Below, in pieces: positions 45,266-54,774 of a stretch of DNA of 64,000 bases; position 1 is the first letter of the stretch; the number at the start of each line of letters is the position of its first letter. The position numbers and the translations under genes were made by a program. Below the pieces are notes generated by a model that saw only the letters and a program-made list of their open reading frames with translations, was not told the origin of the DNA and searched no databases. The stretch spans positions 2,973-66,972 of the forward strand of contig CAVRXE010000005.1 of NCBI GenBank assembly GCA_963725055.1. The letters run 5' to 3'. Source of the stretch: Candidatus Deferrimicrobiaceae bacterium (GTDB lineage: Bacteria; Desulfobacterota; Deferrimicrobia; Deferrimicrobiales; Deferrimicrobiaceae).

Positions 45266-47090
45266 ATGGGACCAGTAGAAGAACACGCATCCATCCGGTG
45301 GGGCAAGGAACGGATCGCATGGGCAAGAGACAGGGTCTCCGGGGCGATATCCTCTTGGCCCTCGCAATTCCGACTGATGTTCCTGAGCATCGTCGTGGGA
45401 ATCATCTCCGGCCTCGGCGCCATCTTTTTCGACAGGTTGCTCGCGTTCACCCTAGACGTACTGATCCGGCCGCACACGGGCTACGGCGAACCGGGCAGGG
45501 GCGGGGCGGCGGCCATCGTTGCGGCGATGGCTTCGGTACACTCCTACTGGTTTCTTGTCATCCCCGCCCTGGGGGGACTGGTCTCCGGCCTGATCGTCTA
45601 CTCCCTCGCGCCGGAAGCGGAAGGGCACGGGACCGACGCGATGATCGAATCGTTCCACCTGCGGGGTGGGAAGATCCGCAAGCGGGTCCCGCTCATAAAG
45701 ATCATCGCCTCCGCCTTGACGATCGGCAGCGGCGGGTCTGCGGGGAAGGAAGGGCCGATCGCCCAGATCGGGTCGGGATTCGGCTCGATCTTCGCCTCCG
45801 CCCTGAAGCTCAAACCCCGGGAGCGGCGGATTCTCGTCCTGGCGGGAGCGGCGGGAGGCATCGGTGCGATCTTCCAGGCCCCCCTGGGGGCGGCCCTGTT
45901 CGCTCCGGAGGTCCTCTACCGGGAGACCGACTTCGAATACGAAGCAATCCTCCCCTGCGTTGTTTCGTCGATCATGGCGTACGCGGTGTACACGCAATTC
46001 TACAAGGGAGGCGCGCTCTTCTTTCCGGGGTCCGTATATTTTTCCCTTCCGACCGAGCTTCTGCCCTATGCGGTTTTCGGAGTCGTCTGCGCCCTGGTCG
46101 GATTCGTCTACGTCCGCTTCTTCTACGGTGCGCGGGACCGGTTCTTCAAGCCACTGAAGATCCACAAGATGCTCAAACCGGCGCTGGGCGGCCTGATGCT
46201 GGGCGCCATCGCGTTCCTTTCTCCACAGATAACGGACGGAGGGTACGGCTGGATCCAGATGGCGCTGGAAGGGAAAATCTTCTGGGGAACGATGCTCCTT
46301 CTGGTCTTCCTGAAAATCGTGGCCACCTCCTGTACCATCAGTTCCGGCGGAAGCGGAGGCGTCTTCGGCCCGTCGGTGTTCATCGGGGCCATGCTGGGCG
46401 GGGCTTTCGGTTTCCTCGGACACAAGATCGCCCCCGGATGGGTCATCCATCCCAATTCCTTCGTCCTCGTCGGAATGGGTGGGTTCTTCGCGGGAGTCGC
46501 CAAGGTTCCGATCGCTTCGATCATCATGGCGTGCGAGATGAGCGCGAGCTACACCCTTCTGGTCCCCCTTATGCTCGTCTCTTCCATCTCCTACCTGTTG
46601 CTACGGAACACGAGCCTCTACGAGAAGCAGCAGGTCAGCCGGTTCGCGTCTCCCGCCCACCTGACCGAGTTCGCCCGGGGGATGCTGGAACGGATCCAGG
46701 TCGGAGAAGCCGTGCACACCCAACCGATCACGCTCATCCCGGAAACCATGCCTTTCGGGGAACTCGTCCGAACGCTATCCCGCTCCGGGGAATCCCATTT
46801 TCCCGTTGTCGATCGCGACGGGCAGGATCACCGGGATCGTGTCGATCAACGACATCCGTTCAGTCCTCTTCGAGAACGACATCGACCAAGTCATCATCGC
46901 CAAGGACGTGGCAACCCGCGGAGTGGTGAGTGTCTTCCGGGACGATACGCTGCAGCAGGCTCTCGACAAAATGGCGATAATTGGAGTGGACGAACTACCC
47001 GTAGTGGATCGTGAGAAGCCGGACGCGATTGTGACAATGATTTCCAAACGCGACATCGTAAACTACTACTACGCCAGGAGCGGAGGCTGA
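45266..47090 (+). CDS. ClC-family chloride channel/transporter with a C-terminal CBS pair, one frame break as sequenced
   Basis: ClC motifs GSGGSAGKEGP, ..GAIFQAPLGAALFAPE.., GGSGGVFGPS. CBS region: ..HFPVVDRDG|RITGIVSINDIRSV..IGVDELPVVDRE..ISKRDIVNYY. The frame changes at the G-run at ~46822-46826. An alternative start lies at 45218. Confidence 0.85.
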
Positions 47091-47193
47091 GGATGCAGGG
47101 CCCGATGTCCAGCAACCTCCAAACCTGCCGCTTCTCTTACGCCTAACTGGTACACATTCAACGCTACGCCGCCAATACAGGTCGCATGAAACG

Positions 47194-48513
47194 ATGAACC
47201 GCTCTCTTTTAAGTATTACGTGCTTCGTGGCCCTGATCCTTCTCCCGGGCTTGGCTCACGCCGCGGGGGAAGATCCTTCTCTGCCACTCCTTCTGTATCT
47301 CGTCGTGATCTTGCTTTCCGCGAAGCTGATGGGGCATTTGGCAGTTCTCCTCGGACAACCGTCCGTTCTCGGGGAACTGTGCGCCGGGATCCTGGTGGGG
47401 AACCTCGGTCTTCTGGGGGTTGCCGGTTTCGAGGGAATCGCCGGGGACCCCTTCGTGGACATCCTGGCCCGGATCGGGGTCATCGTCCTGCTCTTCGAGG
47501 TGGGATTGGAGTCCACGATCCGGGACATGTTCGGTGTGGGGGTCTCCTCCTTGCTCGTAGCGGTCCTGGGCGTGGCGGCTCCCTTCGGGTTGGGCTGGCT
47601 TGTCAGCGCTTGGCTCCTGCCCGGTAACTCTCCGTATGCGCACGCCTTCCTGGGCGCCACCCTGTGCGCTACGAGCGTGGGAATCACCGCGCGCGTCCTG
47701 CAGGACATCGGCAAGTCCCGGGAGAAGGAGGCGAGGGTCATCCTGGGGGCCGCGGTGATCGACGACGTGCTCGGCCTGATCATCCTTGCCTCTGTCTCGG
47801 GCGCCATCCTCGCGGCGGAGGAAGGGAGGACCCCGGGACTCTGGCCTCAGGCGGTCATCGCCCTCAAAGCGGGAGGCTTCCTGGCCGGATCCCTCCTCCT
47901 TGGGGCGCTCCTCACGCCGAAGATCTTCCGCACGGCGGCAAAGCTGCACAGCCCCGGGGTTCTCGTGAGCATCTCCCTCGCCTTCTGCTTCCTGCTCTCA
48001 TTCCTTGCGGGGCAGGCGGGACTTGCCCCCATCGTCGGCGCGTTCGCGGCGGGCCTGATCCTGGAACCGGTCCATTTCCAGGCATTCGGGGAGCGAGGCA
48101 TCCGTCACCTCGAAGAGACTCTCACGCCCTTGACGGGATTTCTCGCCCCCGTGTTCTTCGTACAGATGGGGGCCAAGGTGGACCTGCGGGTATTCGCTTC
48201 CCAGCGGACGTTGTGGCTCGCCCTCGTGTTGACGGCGGCGGCGATCATAGGAAAACAGGTTTGTTCCTTCGGGGTCCTGGAGAAGGAAGCCAACCGCTGG
48301 GCCGTCGGGTTCGGGATGATCCCCCGCGGGGAGGTGGGGTTGATCTTTGCCGGCATCGGTGCAACGCTCGTTCTCGGGGGAGAACGGATCATCGACGCCA
48401 CCACCTATTCGGCGGTGATCATCATGGTCATTCTGACCACCATCGTCACGCCGCCTCTGCTGAAATGGTCTCTGCTCTCCCGGAACATCTCCGGGGAGGA
48501 CCGGGGGAAATAG
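47194..48513 (+). CDS. Cation:proton antiporter (CPA2/Kef-type membrane domain)
   Basis: 439 aa with ~12 helices, ..LLSAKLMGHLAVLLGQPSVLGELCAGILVG.. and ..GMIPRGEVGLIFA.., typical of Na+/H+-exchanger-family proteins. Confidence 0.85.
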   Translation: MNRSLLSITCFVALILLPGLAHAAGEDPSLPLLLYLVVILLSAKLMGHLAVLLGQPSVLGELCAGILVGNLGLLGVAGFEGIAGDPFVDILARIGVIVLLFEVGLESTIRDMFGVGVSSLLVAVLGVAAPFGLGWLVSAWLLPGNSPYAHAFLGATLCATSVGITARVLQDIGKSREKEARVILGAAVIDDVLGLIILASVSGAILAAEEGRTPGLWPQAVIALKAGGFLAGSLLLGALLTPKIFRTAAKLHSPGVLVSISLAFCFLLSFLAGQAGLAPIVGAFAAGLILEPVHFQAFGERGIRHLEETLTPLTGFLAPVFFVQMGAKVDLRVFASQRTLWLALVLTAAAIIGKQVCSFGVLEKEANRWAVGFGMIPRGEVGLIFAGIGATLVLGGERIIDATTYSAVIIMVILTTIVTPPLLKWSLLSRNISGEDRGK

Positions 48514-48597
48514 GCGGGACCTGCTTAATCGGAAAGGAGTTCAATCCGATATACGTGACGTTTCTTTCCTCAAGCGGAACATGAAAAGAGGATGCAC

Positions 48598-49140
48598 ATG
48601 ACCATCCAGATAAATAGCCCGGCGCCGGCATTCGAGTTGTCAGGGATTGTGGGGAAGCAGTTCCAGAAGGTCAAGTTGTCTGACTACACGGGGAAGTGGG
48701 TCATCCTGTTTTTCTACCCATTGGATTTCACCCCCATATGACACTCGGAGATCCTCGAGTTCTCCCGGCGGGAGAGCGAATTTTCGGTAGAAGGCGCGCA
48801 GATCCTCGGGGTCAGTACGGACAGCAAGTTTTCCCACTTGGCATGGATCGATCAGGAACTTGGGGAGTTGAACTACCCCCTGCTTGCCGATTTCACCAAG
48901 CAGGTTTCGAAGGAGTACGGAGTTCTGCTGGAGAGACTCGGGGCCGCGCTGCGGGGAACGTTCATCATCGGTCCAGACGGGCTCGTTCGGGCCTACAGCG
49001 TGCAGGACTTGACCGTGGGAAGGAGCGTCGACGAGATTCTGCGGCTCGTTTCCGCGCTCAAAACCGGGGAGTTGTGCCCCGTCGGCTGGCGCCCCGGGGG
49101 GCCATTTATTCCGCCAATCCCGAAAAACGCCCAGCGATAG
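48598..49140 (+). CDS. 2-Cys peroxiredoxin with in-frame TGA at the peroxidatic position (probable selenocysteine peroxiredoxin)
   Basis: RBS AGAGGA lies 5 nt before ATG 48598. MTIQINSPAPAFEL..GKWVILFFYPLDFTPI-TGA(48739-48741)-HSEILEFS..GVSTDSKFSHLAWI..LRGTFIIGPDG..GELCPVGWRPG. The TGA aligns with the Cys of the canonical FYPLDFTFVCPTE motif, and the same frame stays Prx-like for 133 more codons. Confidence 0.75.
48760..48776 (+). promoter_or_regulatory. SECIS-like hairpin downstream of the in-frame UGA
   Basis: UUCUCCC-GGC-GGGAGAG forms a 7-bp stem (one G-U pair). The G-rich apical loop begins 26 nt after the UGA, within the 16-37 nt range used for bacterial SECIS elements. Confidence 0.5.
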
Positions 49141-49492
49141 TCCAGATTCTCTATTCATCGTAATGGTGCCAAAGGGGAGACTCGAACCCTTTCGGGTAGA
49201 GCGTATTGTCGAGATCGAAGATGAAGAGCGGCGCCGTCATCCGGTGATCAACCCCCCTCCCACGGAGAGCCGGCCTGTCCGATGGCATTTTGCCGTAAGT
49301 ATCCCCACCTCGGGATATGATTCAACCCGAAAACCTGCACCGGGTGGGGGGATAAAAAAGAGTACGCACTCCTTGAATTATGTAAAATAACAAGGGCTTT
49401 TCTGTGCTCATCCGAAACATGCAGGGCAGGGGATCCATCCATGAACGTCGACCTCATCATCGCCCTGTATTCCGCTCCTTGAGGAGGAAAAA

Positions 49493-50452
49493 ATGAAGCC
49501 CGTTATCCTGGTTACCCGCAGACTGCCGGACGCCGTCGAGGAGCGTCTCCGACGGGACTACGACGCCCGCCTGAACCCCGAAGACGTCCTCTACTCCCGG
49601 GACGAGCTGATCGAACGCGCCAGGGACGTCGACGCCATCCTCCCCTGTCACACGGAGAAATTCACCGCGGACGTGATCGCCCGGTTGCCCGGGCGCGTGC
49701 GCGCCATCGCGAATTTTTCCGTCGGCTACGACCACGTGGACGTCAAGGCCGCCAACGCAAGGGGGATCATCGTCACGAACACGCCCGATGTGCTATCCGA
49801 CGCCACGGCGGAGCTGACCATGATGCTCATGCTCGGCGCGGCGAGGCGGGCCGGCGAGGGCGAACGGCTGATCCGCGCCGGCGCGTGGAAGGACTGGAGC
49901 CCGACGTTCATGATGGGGACCCAGGTGACGGGGAAGCGGCTCGGGATCCTCGGATTCGGGCGGATCGGGCAGGTCGTCGCCAGGCGGGCCCGCGGGTTCG
50001 ACATGGAAATCCACTATCACGACGTGCGGAGAACGGCGCCGGAATCGGAGGGAGGCGCGATCTTCCACCCGACGCCCGAGGCGCTGATGCCGCATTGCGA
50101 TTTCCTGACGCTCCACTGCGCGTCCACGCCGGACACCTTCCGGTTGCTCAACGCCGGGCGCATCGCCCTCCTGCCGGACGGGGCGATCGTCGTCAACGCG
50201 AGCCGCGGCGCGGTCGTCGACGACGAGGCGCTGATCGGGGCGTTGAAGTCCGGGAAGCTTGCGGCGGCCGGCCTGGACGTCTTCACGAACGAACCGGACG
50301 TCCATCCGGAGTACCGGAAGCTGCCCAACGTGTTCCTGACGCCGCACATCGCAAGCGCCACGAAGGAAGCGAGGGACGCCATGGGGTTCCGGGCGCTCGA
50401 CAACCTGGATGCCGTCTTCGCCGGGCGGGAACCGCGCGACCGCGTGGCCTGA
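49493..50452 (+). CDS. D-isomer-specific 2-hydroxyacid dehydrogenase (glyoxylate/hydroxypyruvate reductase type)
   Basis: NAD-binding GILGFGRIGQVVARRA and catalytic Arg/Glu/His contexts (..VNASRGAVVDE.., ..FLTPHIASAT..). 319 aa. Confidence 0.9.
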   Translation: MKPVILVTRRLPDAVEERLRRDYDARLNPEDVLYSRDELIERARDVDAILPCHTEKFTADVIARLPGRVRAIANFSVGYDHVDVKAANARGIIVTNTPDVLSDATAELTMMLMLGAARRAGEGERLIRAGAWKDWSPTFMMGTQVTGKRLGILGFGRIGQVVARRARGFDMEIHYHDVRRTAPESEGGAIFHPTPEALMPHCDFLTLHCASTPDTFRLLNAGRIALLPDGAIVVNASRGAVVDDEALIGALKSGKLAAAGLDVFTNEPDVHPEYRKLPNVFLTPHIASATKEARDAMGFRALDNLDAVFAGREPRDRVA

Positions 50453-50538
50453 TGGCGTTGGACGAAGGCCCGTTTCCTGTTGACACCTTTCATTTGCCCG
50501 TGATATCAGAACCCATGATCCGCTGCTACTCCAATCGC

Positions 50539-50583
50539 TTATCCTGTATACCGTATCCTGTATGCCGTATCCTAGTTACCGTA
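50539..50583 (+). repeat. Three direct repeats (period 14 bp) in the intergenic region upstream of the TRAP operon
   Basis: TATCCTGTATA at 50540, TATCCTGTATG at 50554 and TATCCTAGTTA at 50568, each preceded by CCG/CT. They lie in a lower-GC 440-bp spacer. Confidence 0.7.
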
Positions 50584-50896
50584 ATGGTGCATTGCCAGGC
50601 CCTCATGACCAACCCATTCCATCCACCCGCCATTGGACGAGGGACCGACGATAAACAGTAAAACATTAAATCCGCCATCCATGGGACCGTCCGCCGGTCT
50701 TTTTCTCCTCCAGGCAAGCGAACGGGGGAATGGAGGATGGGTTCCGCCATAGTTCTTATCGAGATGACAGAAGGGGGGTGCGATTAACGAACGGAGCATC
50801 GGGGGAAGCCTCCTGACCGGATTGGGCGTGGGAAAGGGCTGACCGGAAGTCTGCATCCAACTGGCGCAGATCCACTAGACCACCACTGGGAGGGAA

Positions 50897-52077
50897 ATGA
50901 TGACGAAGAAAGAACCGGGCGCAGACGCAAAGAAGACGTGCGTATCCCGCCGCAAGTTCCTCACCGGCGCCGCCGTGGCGACGGCCGGGGCCGCGGCGCT
51001 GGGCTTCCCGTCGATCGTCAAGGCCGCGGGGCCGATTACGATGCGCTGGCAGAGCACCTGGCCGAGCAAGGACATCTTCCACGAGTACGCCCTCGACTTC
51101 GCCAAGAAGGTCAACGACACGACCGGCGGGGATCTCAAGATCGAGGTGCTGCCGGCGGGATCCGTGGTGCCGGCCTTCGCCCTGCTGGACGCGGTGTCCA
51201 AGGGGACGCTCGACGGCGGCCACGGCGTGGTGGTCTACCACTACGGCAAGCAGAACGCCCTGGCGCTGTGGGGGTCGGGCCCCGCCTACGGCATGGACGC
51301 CAACATGCTGCTGGCCTGGCACAAGTACGGCGGCGGCAAGGAGCTGCTGGAGAAGATCTACAAGTCCATCGGCGCGAACGTGGTCTCGTTCGCCTACGGG
51401 CCGATGCCGACGCAGCCGTTCGGCTGGTTCAAGAAGCCGATCACCAAGGCCGAGGACCTCAAGGGCCAGAAATTCCGCACCGTGGGGATTTCCGTCGACG
51501 TGTTCACCGCCATGGGCGCGGCGGTCAACGCGCTGCCCGGCGGCGAGATCGTGCCGGCGATGGACCGCGGCCTCCTCGACGGGGCGGAGTTCAACAACGC
51601 CAGCTCCGACCGCCTGCTCGGCTTCCCGGACGTCTCCAAGGTGTGCATGCTGCAGAGCTACCACCAGAACGCGGAACGTTCGAGATCACTGTTCAACAGG
51701 GACAAGTTCAACGCGCTGCCCGACAAGATGAAGGCGCTCATCGAGGTCGCCGTGGAAGCGGCCTCGGCCGACATGTCGTGGAAGGCGATCGACCGCTACT
51801 CGAAGGACTACATCGAGATGCAGACCAAGGACAAGGTGAAGTTCTACAAGACCCCCGACGCGATCCTGCAAACTGGAGCTGGAAGTCGTACGACCAGGTC
51901 GCGGCGAAGAAGGCGGCGGAGAACCCCCTGTTCAAGGAGATCATCGAATCGCAGCTCGCGTTCGCCAAGCGCGCGGTGGGCTGGGAGATGGACACCGTCG
52001 TCAGCCGGCGCATGGCGTACAACCATTACTTCGGCGCCAAGAAAGCGGCTCCGATGAAGGCCGGACCGAAAGGCTAA
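50897..52077 (+). CDS. dctP: TRAP transporter substrate-binding protein (DctP type, Tat signal), frame break(s) as sequenced
   Basis: Tat signal ..SRRKFLTGAAVATAGAAALGFPSIVKA. ..MRWQSTWPSKD.., ..GGHGVVVYHYGK.., ..FGWFKKPI... The C-terminus (..SYDQVAAKKAAENPLFKEIIESQLAFAKRAVGWEMD..MAYNHYF..) is in another frame after the A-run at ~51870-51873. A compensating pair at ~51675-51692 is possible. Confidence 0.8.
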
Positions 52078-52145
52078 AGGTTTTTCGGCATCAGCCGGCA
52101 GCCATCCGGGCATAGCCCGGATGGCTGCCTTTTGAAAGGTCGAAC

Positions 52146-52739
52146 ATGCAAAAATTTCTGCTTGTCATCGACAGGATCAGCGCCTTCGTCGGGAAAACGG
52201 TTTCCTGGCTGATCGTGTCGCTCACCCTTCTCATCACCTATGAAGTGTTCTCGCGGTACGCGCTCAACGCGCCGCACCCCTATGCCTTCGACGCCATGCT
52301 CCAGATGTACGGGACCCTGTTCATGATGGCGGGCGCCTACACCCTGTCGCGGAACGGCCACGTCCGCGGCGATGTCCTGTACGGCTTCTTCCCGCCGCGG
52401 GCGCAGGCCGCCCTCGACCTGACGCTGTACATCGTCTTCTTCCTGCCCGGGGTGGTCGCGCTCTGCTGGGCCGGCTACACCTATGCCGGCGATTCCTGGA
52501 GGATCCTGGAGCACTCGAGCATCACCGCCGAAGGCCCGCCGATCTACCCGTTCAAGACCGTCATCCCGGTCGCCGGGGCGTTCCTGCTGGTGCAGGGGAT
52601 CGTGGAAATGATCCGCTGCGTCATCTGCCTGAAGGATGGCAAGTGGCCCCCGCGCCAGAAAGACGTGGAGGAGGTCGACGTCGAAGAGCTGAAGGAGACT
52701 GATGGGCGTCAAGGACGAGGATATCGAAAAGCTCGATGA
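52146..52739 (+). CDS. dctQ: TRAP transporter small permease (DctQ type); 3' end may extend to 52773
   Basis: Four helices, with MQKFLLVIDRISAFVGKTVSWLIV.. and ..RGDVLYGFF... The +1 frame after ~52700 reads ..MGVKDEDIEKLDEIITAREKDRK* and ends in an ATGA overlap with the dctM start. This suggests a 1-nt error near the end. Confidence 0.75.
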   Translation: MQKFLLVIDRISAFVGKTVSWLIVSLTLLITYEVFSRYALNAPHPYAFDAMLQMYGTLFMMAGAYTLSRNGHVRGDVLYGFFPPRAQAALDLTLYIVFFLPGVVALCWAGYTYAGDSWRILEHSSITAEGPPIYPFKTVIPVAGAFLLVQGIVEMIRCVICLKDGKWPPRQKDVEEVDVEELKETDGRQGRGYRKAR

Positions 52740-52769
52740 GATCATCACCGCGAGGGAGAAGGACCGCAA

Positions 52770-54755
52770 ATGAAAAAAGGGGTCTGGTTCGGACTTGCGA
52801 TGATGGCGCTGGTCATCATCGGCCTGTTCTGGGTGATGCCGTCGCGGGAGCACATGACCAACGGCCACCTCGGCCTCCTGATGCTGGGGCTGATCGTCGT
52901 GGCGATCATGCTCGGCTTTCCCACCGCGTTCACGCTGATGGGCCTGGGCACGATGTTCACCTGGTTCGCCTACTACAGCGTGGACCCGTCGACGGCGGTG
53001 CAGCAGACGCTCGACCTGATGGTGCAGCGCGCCTATTGGGTCATGAACAACGACGTGCTGATCTCGGTCCCCCTGTTCGTCTTCATGGGCTACCTGGTCG
53101 AGCGCGCCAACCTGATCCAGCGCCTGTTCAAGGGCCTGCACCTGGCGACCTGCCGCATCCCCGGATCGCTGGCCGTCGCGACCGTCGTGACCTGCGCGAT
53201 CTTCGCCTGCGCTTCCGGGATCATCGGCGCGGTGGTGACGCTCATGGGCCTGCTCGCGTTTCCGGCGATGCTCAAGGCCGGATACAACATCCGGCTCGCG
53301 GCGGGCGCCGTGACCGCGGGCGGCACCCTCGGCATCCTGATCCCCCCGTCGGTGCTCCTGATCCTCTACGGCGCCACCGCCGGCGTTTCGGTGATGCAGC
53401 TCTACGCCGGCGCCTTCTTCCCGGGCTTCATGCTGGCGGGGCTCTACATCGTTGGGATCATCATCTACGCGAAACTCAAGCCCAGCGCCGCGCCGCCGCT
53501 GTCGGCGGAAGACCAGGCACGTGGAGCTGCCCAAGTTCGCGGAAGATCTCTCCAGGGACGGCAGCAACGCCGTGGCGGGGCTGACCGGCGCGCTCATGGG
53601 CAGGCGAACCGCCGACGTCCCGAGGCCCCTGCTGCTCAGGCAGCTGGGCATTGCGCTGCTGCCGGCGCTGGCGGCCGTGCTGGTCATGGGCTCGATCTAT
53701 CTCGGCGTGACGGCGCCCAAGGAAGTGGTTCCCGAGGGCGTGGTCGAGATGGGCTTTGCGGCGTCGGACGAGCAAGCCCCGGCCGACGCCGGAGGCTTGC
53801 AGGAACCGGAAGTGGCCGGAGGGCTGCAGGAACCGGAAGGTTCCGGTGGCCTGCAGGAACCGGAGGTTGCCGGGTGGCGCTGCAGGAGCCGCCGGGGACC
53901 GCCGCCGGAAGCCCGAAGCGCCTGCCGAGGCGGCGAAGAAGGCGGCCCCGGCCGGCCGCCGCCCCCGACAAGGCGCCGGCGACGCGCGTGCCCGCCCCGA
54001 TGTGGTTCTGGATCGTCCTTGGTCTCTGCCTGGCGAGCGTCGCGGTCTTCTATCTGATCTTCGACTTCACCCGGTTCGAGGTCTTCAAGATGCTGCTGGG
54101 ATCGTTCTTCCCGCTGGCGCTCCTGATCCTCGGGGTGCTCGGATCCATCATCGCCGGCCTGGCGACGCCGACCGAGGCGGCGGCGATGGGATCGTTCGGA
54201 GGGTTGCTCCTGGCGGTCATCTACGGACAGTTCAACATGCGGATGCTCAAGGAGTCGGTCTTCCTCACCGCGAGGACCAGCGCGATGGTGTGCTGGCTGT
54301 TCATCGGGTCGGGCATCTTCGCCGCGGGGTTCGCGCTGCTGGGCGGCCAGGAGATCGTCAATGCGTGGTTTAAGTCGCTCAACCTGTCGCCCGTGGGATT
54401 CATGCTCCTGGCGCAGGTGATCATCTTCCTGCTGGGCTGGCCGCTGGAATGGACCGAGATCATCATCATCTTCATGCCGATCTTCCTCCCGCTGATTGCG
54501 CACTTCAACGTCGATCCGCTCTTCTTCGGCCTGCTGGTGGCGCTCAACCTGCAGACGGCGTTCCTGTCCCCGCCGGTGGCGATGGCGGCGTTCTACCTGA
54601 AGGGCGTGGCGCCGGCGCACGTGACGCTGAACCAGATCTTCCTGGGGATGATGCCGTTCATGGTGATCCAGATCATCGCCATCTTCCTGCTGTACATGTT
54701 CCCGCAGATCGGGTTGTGGCTGCCGAGCCTGGTGTACGGCTCCGGCGGGCCGTGA
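52770..54755 (+). CDS. dctM: TRAP transporter large permease (DctM type) with a long repeat-containing insert, at least 2 frame breaks as sequenced
   Basis: N-terminal DctM helices are in frame 0 to ~53518. The text ..VELPKFAEDLSRDGSNAVAGL..LRQLGIALLPALAAVLVMGSIYLGV..GGLQEPEVAGGLQEPEGSGGLQEPEVAG is in frame 1. It returns to frame 0 at ~53872-53879 (..MWFWIVLGL..GLATPTEAAAMG..LSPPVAMAAFYLKG..). Confidence 0.8.
   Translation: MKKGVWFGLAMMALVIIGLFWVMPSREHMTNGHLGLLMLGLIVVAIMLGFPTAFTLMGLGTMFTWFAYYSVDPSTAVQQTLDLMVQRAYWVMNNDVLISVPLFVFMGYLVERANLIQRLFKGLHLATCRIPGSLAVATVVTCAIFACASGIIGAVVTLMGLLAFPAMLKAGYNIRLAAGAVTAGGTLGILIPPSVLLILYGATAGVSVMQLYAGAFFPGFMLAGLYIVGIIIYAKLKPSAAPPLSAEDQARGAAQVRGRSLQGRQQRRGGADRRAHGQANRRRPEAPAAQAAGHCAAAGAGGRAGHGLDLSRRDGAQGSGSRGRGRDGLCGVGRASPGRRRRLAGTGSGRRAAGTGRFRWPAGTGGCRVALQEPPGTAAGSPKRLPRRRRRRPRPAAAPDKAPATRVPAPMWFWIVLGLCLASVAVFYLIFDFTRFEVFKMLLGSFFPLALLILGVLGSIIAGLATPTEAAAMGSFGGLLLAVIYGQFNMRMLKESVFLTARTSAMVCWLFIGSGIFAAGFALLGGQEIVNAWFKSLNLSPVGFMLLAQVIIFLLGWPLEWTEIIIIFMPIFLPLIAHFNVDPLFFGLLVALNLQTAFLSPPVAMAAFYLKGVAPAHVTLNQIFLGMMPFMVIQIIAIFLLYMFPQIGLWLPSLVYGSGGP
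53791..53900 (+). repeat. 27-bp tandem coding repeat (3 good units plus 1 degenerate) inside dctM
   Basis: Units at 53791-53817, 53818-53844 and 53845-53871, with consensus GGNGGNCTGCAGGAACCGGARGKTKCC. This encodes GGLQEPE(V/G)(A/S). A fourth unit from 53872 carries an extra base. Confidence 0.85.
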
Positions 54756-54774
54756 ACGGCCCGCCGGAACGCCT

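Noticed and set aside
48739-48741. Reading the TGA in the peroxiredoxin as a genuine stop, giving a truncated pseudogene with a separate downstream ORF 48838-49140.
   Set aside because: The stop falls exactly on the catalytic Cys codon, and the same frame continues as conserved Prx sequence to the normal C-terminus. A hairpin with SECIS-like geometry follows. The downstream ATG ORF would lack the active site. A base-call error (TGC/TGT) remains a possible alternative and is noted in the finding.
49164-49205. tRNA-like 3' end on the minus strand (reverse complement ..CGAAAGGGTTCGAGTCTCCCCTTTGGCACCA: a GGTTCGAGTC T-loop-like box followed by CCA). It lies just downstream of the putative selenoprotein gene, and I tested it as a possible tRNA or tRNA-Sec.
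   Set aside because: I could not build a cloverleaf. No 5' acceptor strand complementary to CTTTGGC exists within 130 nt. The T-stem pairs poorly (AAGGG versus CTCCC). No anticodon arm with UCA could be formed. The discriminator would be A, not the G typical of tRNA-Sec. At most it is a tRNA 3' fragment (a possible old attachment-site remnant) or a plain 6-bp hairpin (AAAGGG/CCCTTT). A tRNA scanner run on the polished sequence would settle it.
49141-49492. Small ORFs in the 350-nt spacer after the peroxiredoxin (49163-49390 plus strand, 49248-49460 minus strand) and a possible terminator hairpin at 49172-49193.
   Set aside because: The ORFs have no RBS, no motif and atypical composition. The hairpin is not followed by a T-run, so it is not a convincing intrinsic terminator. 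The spacer remains unexplained.
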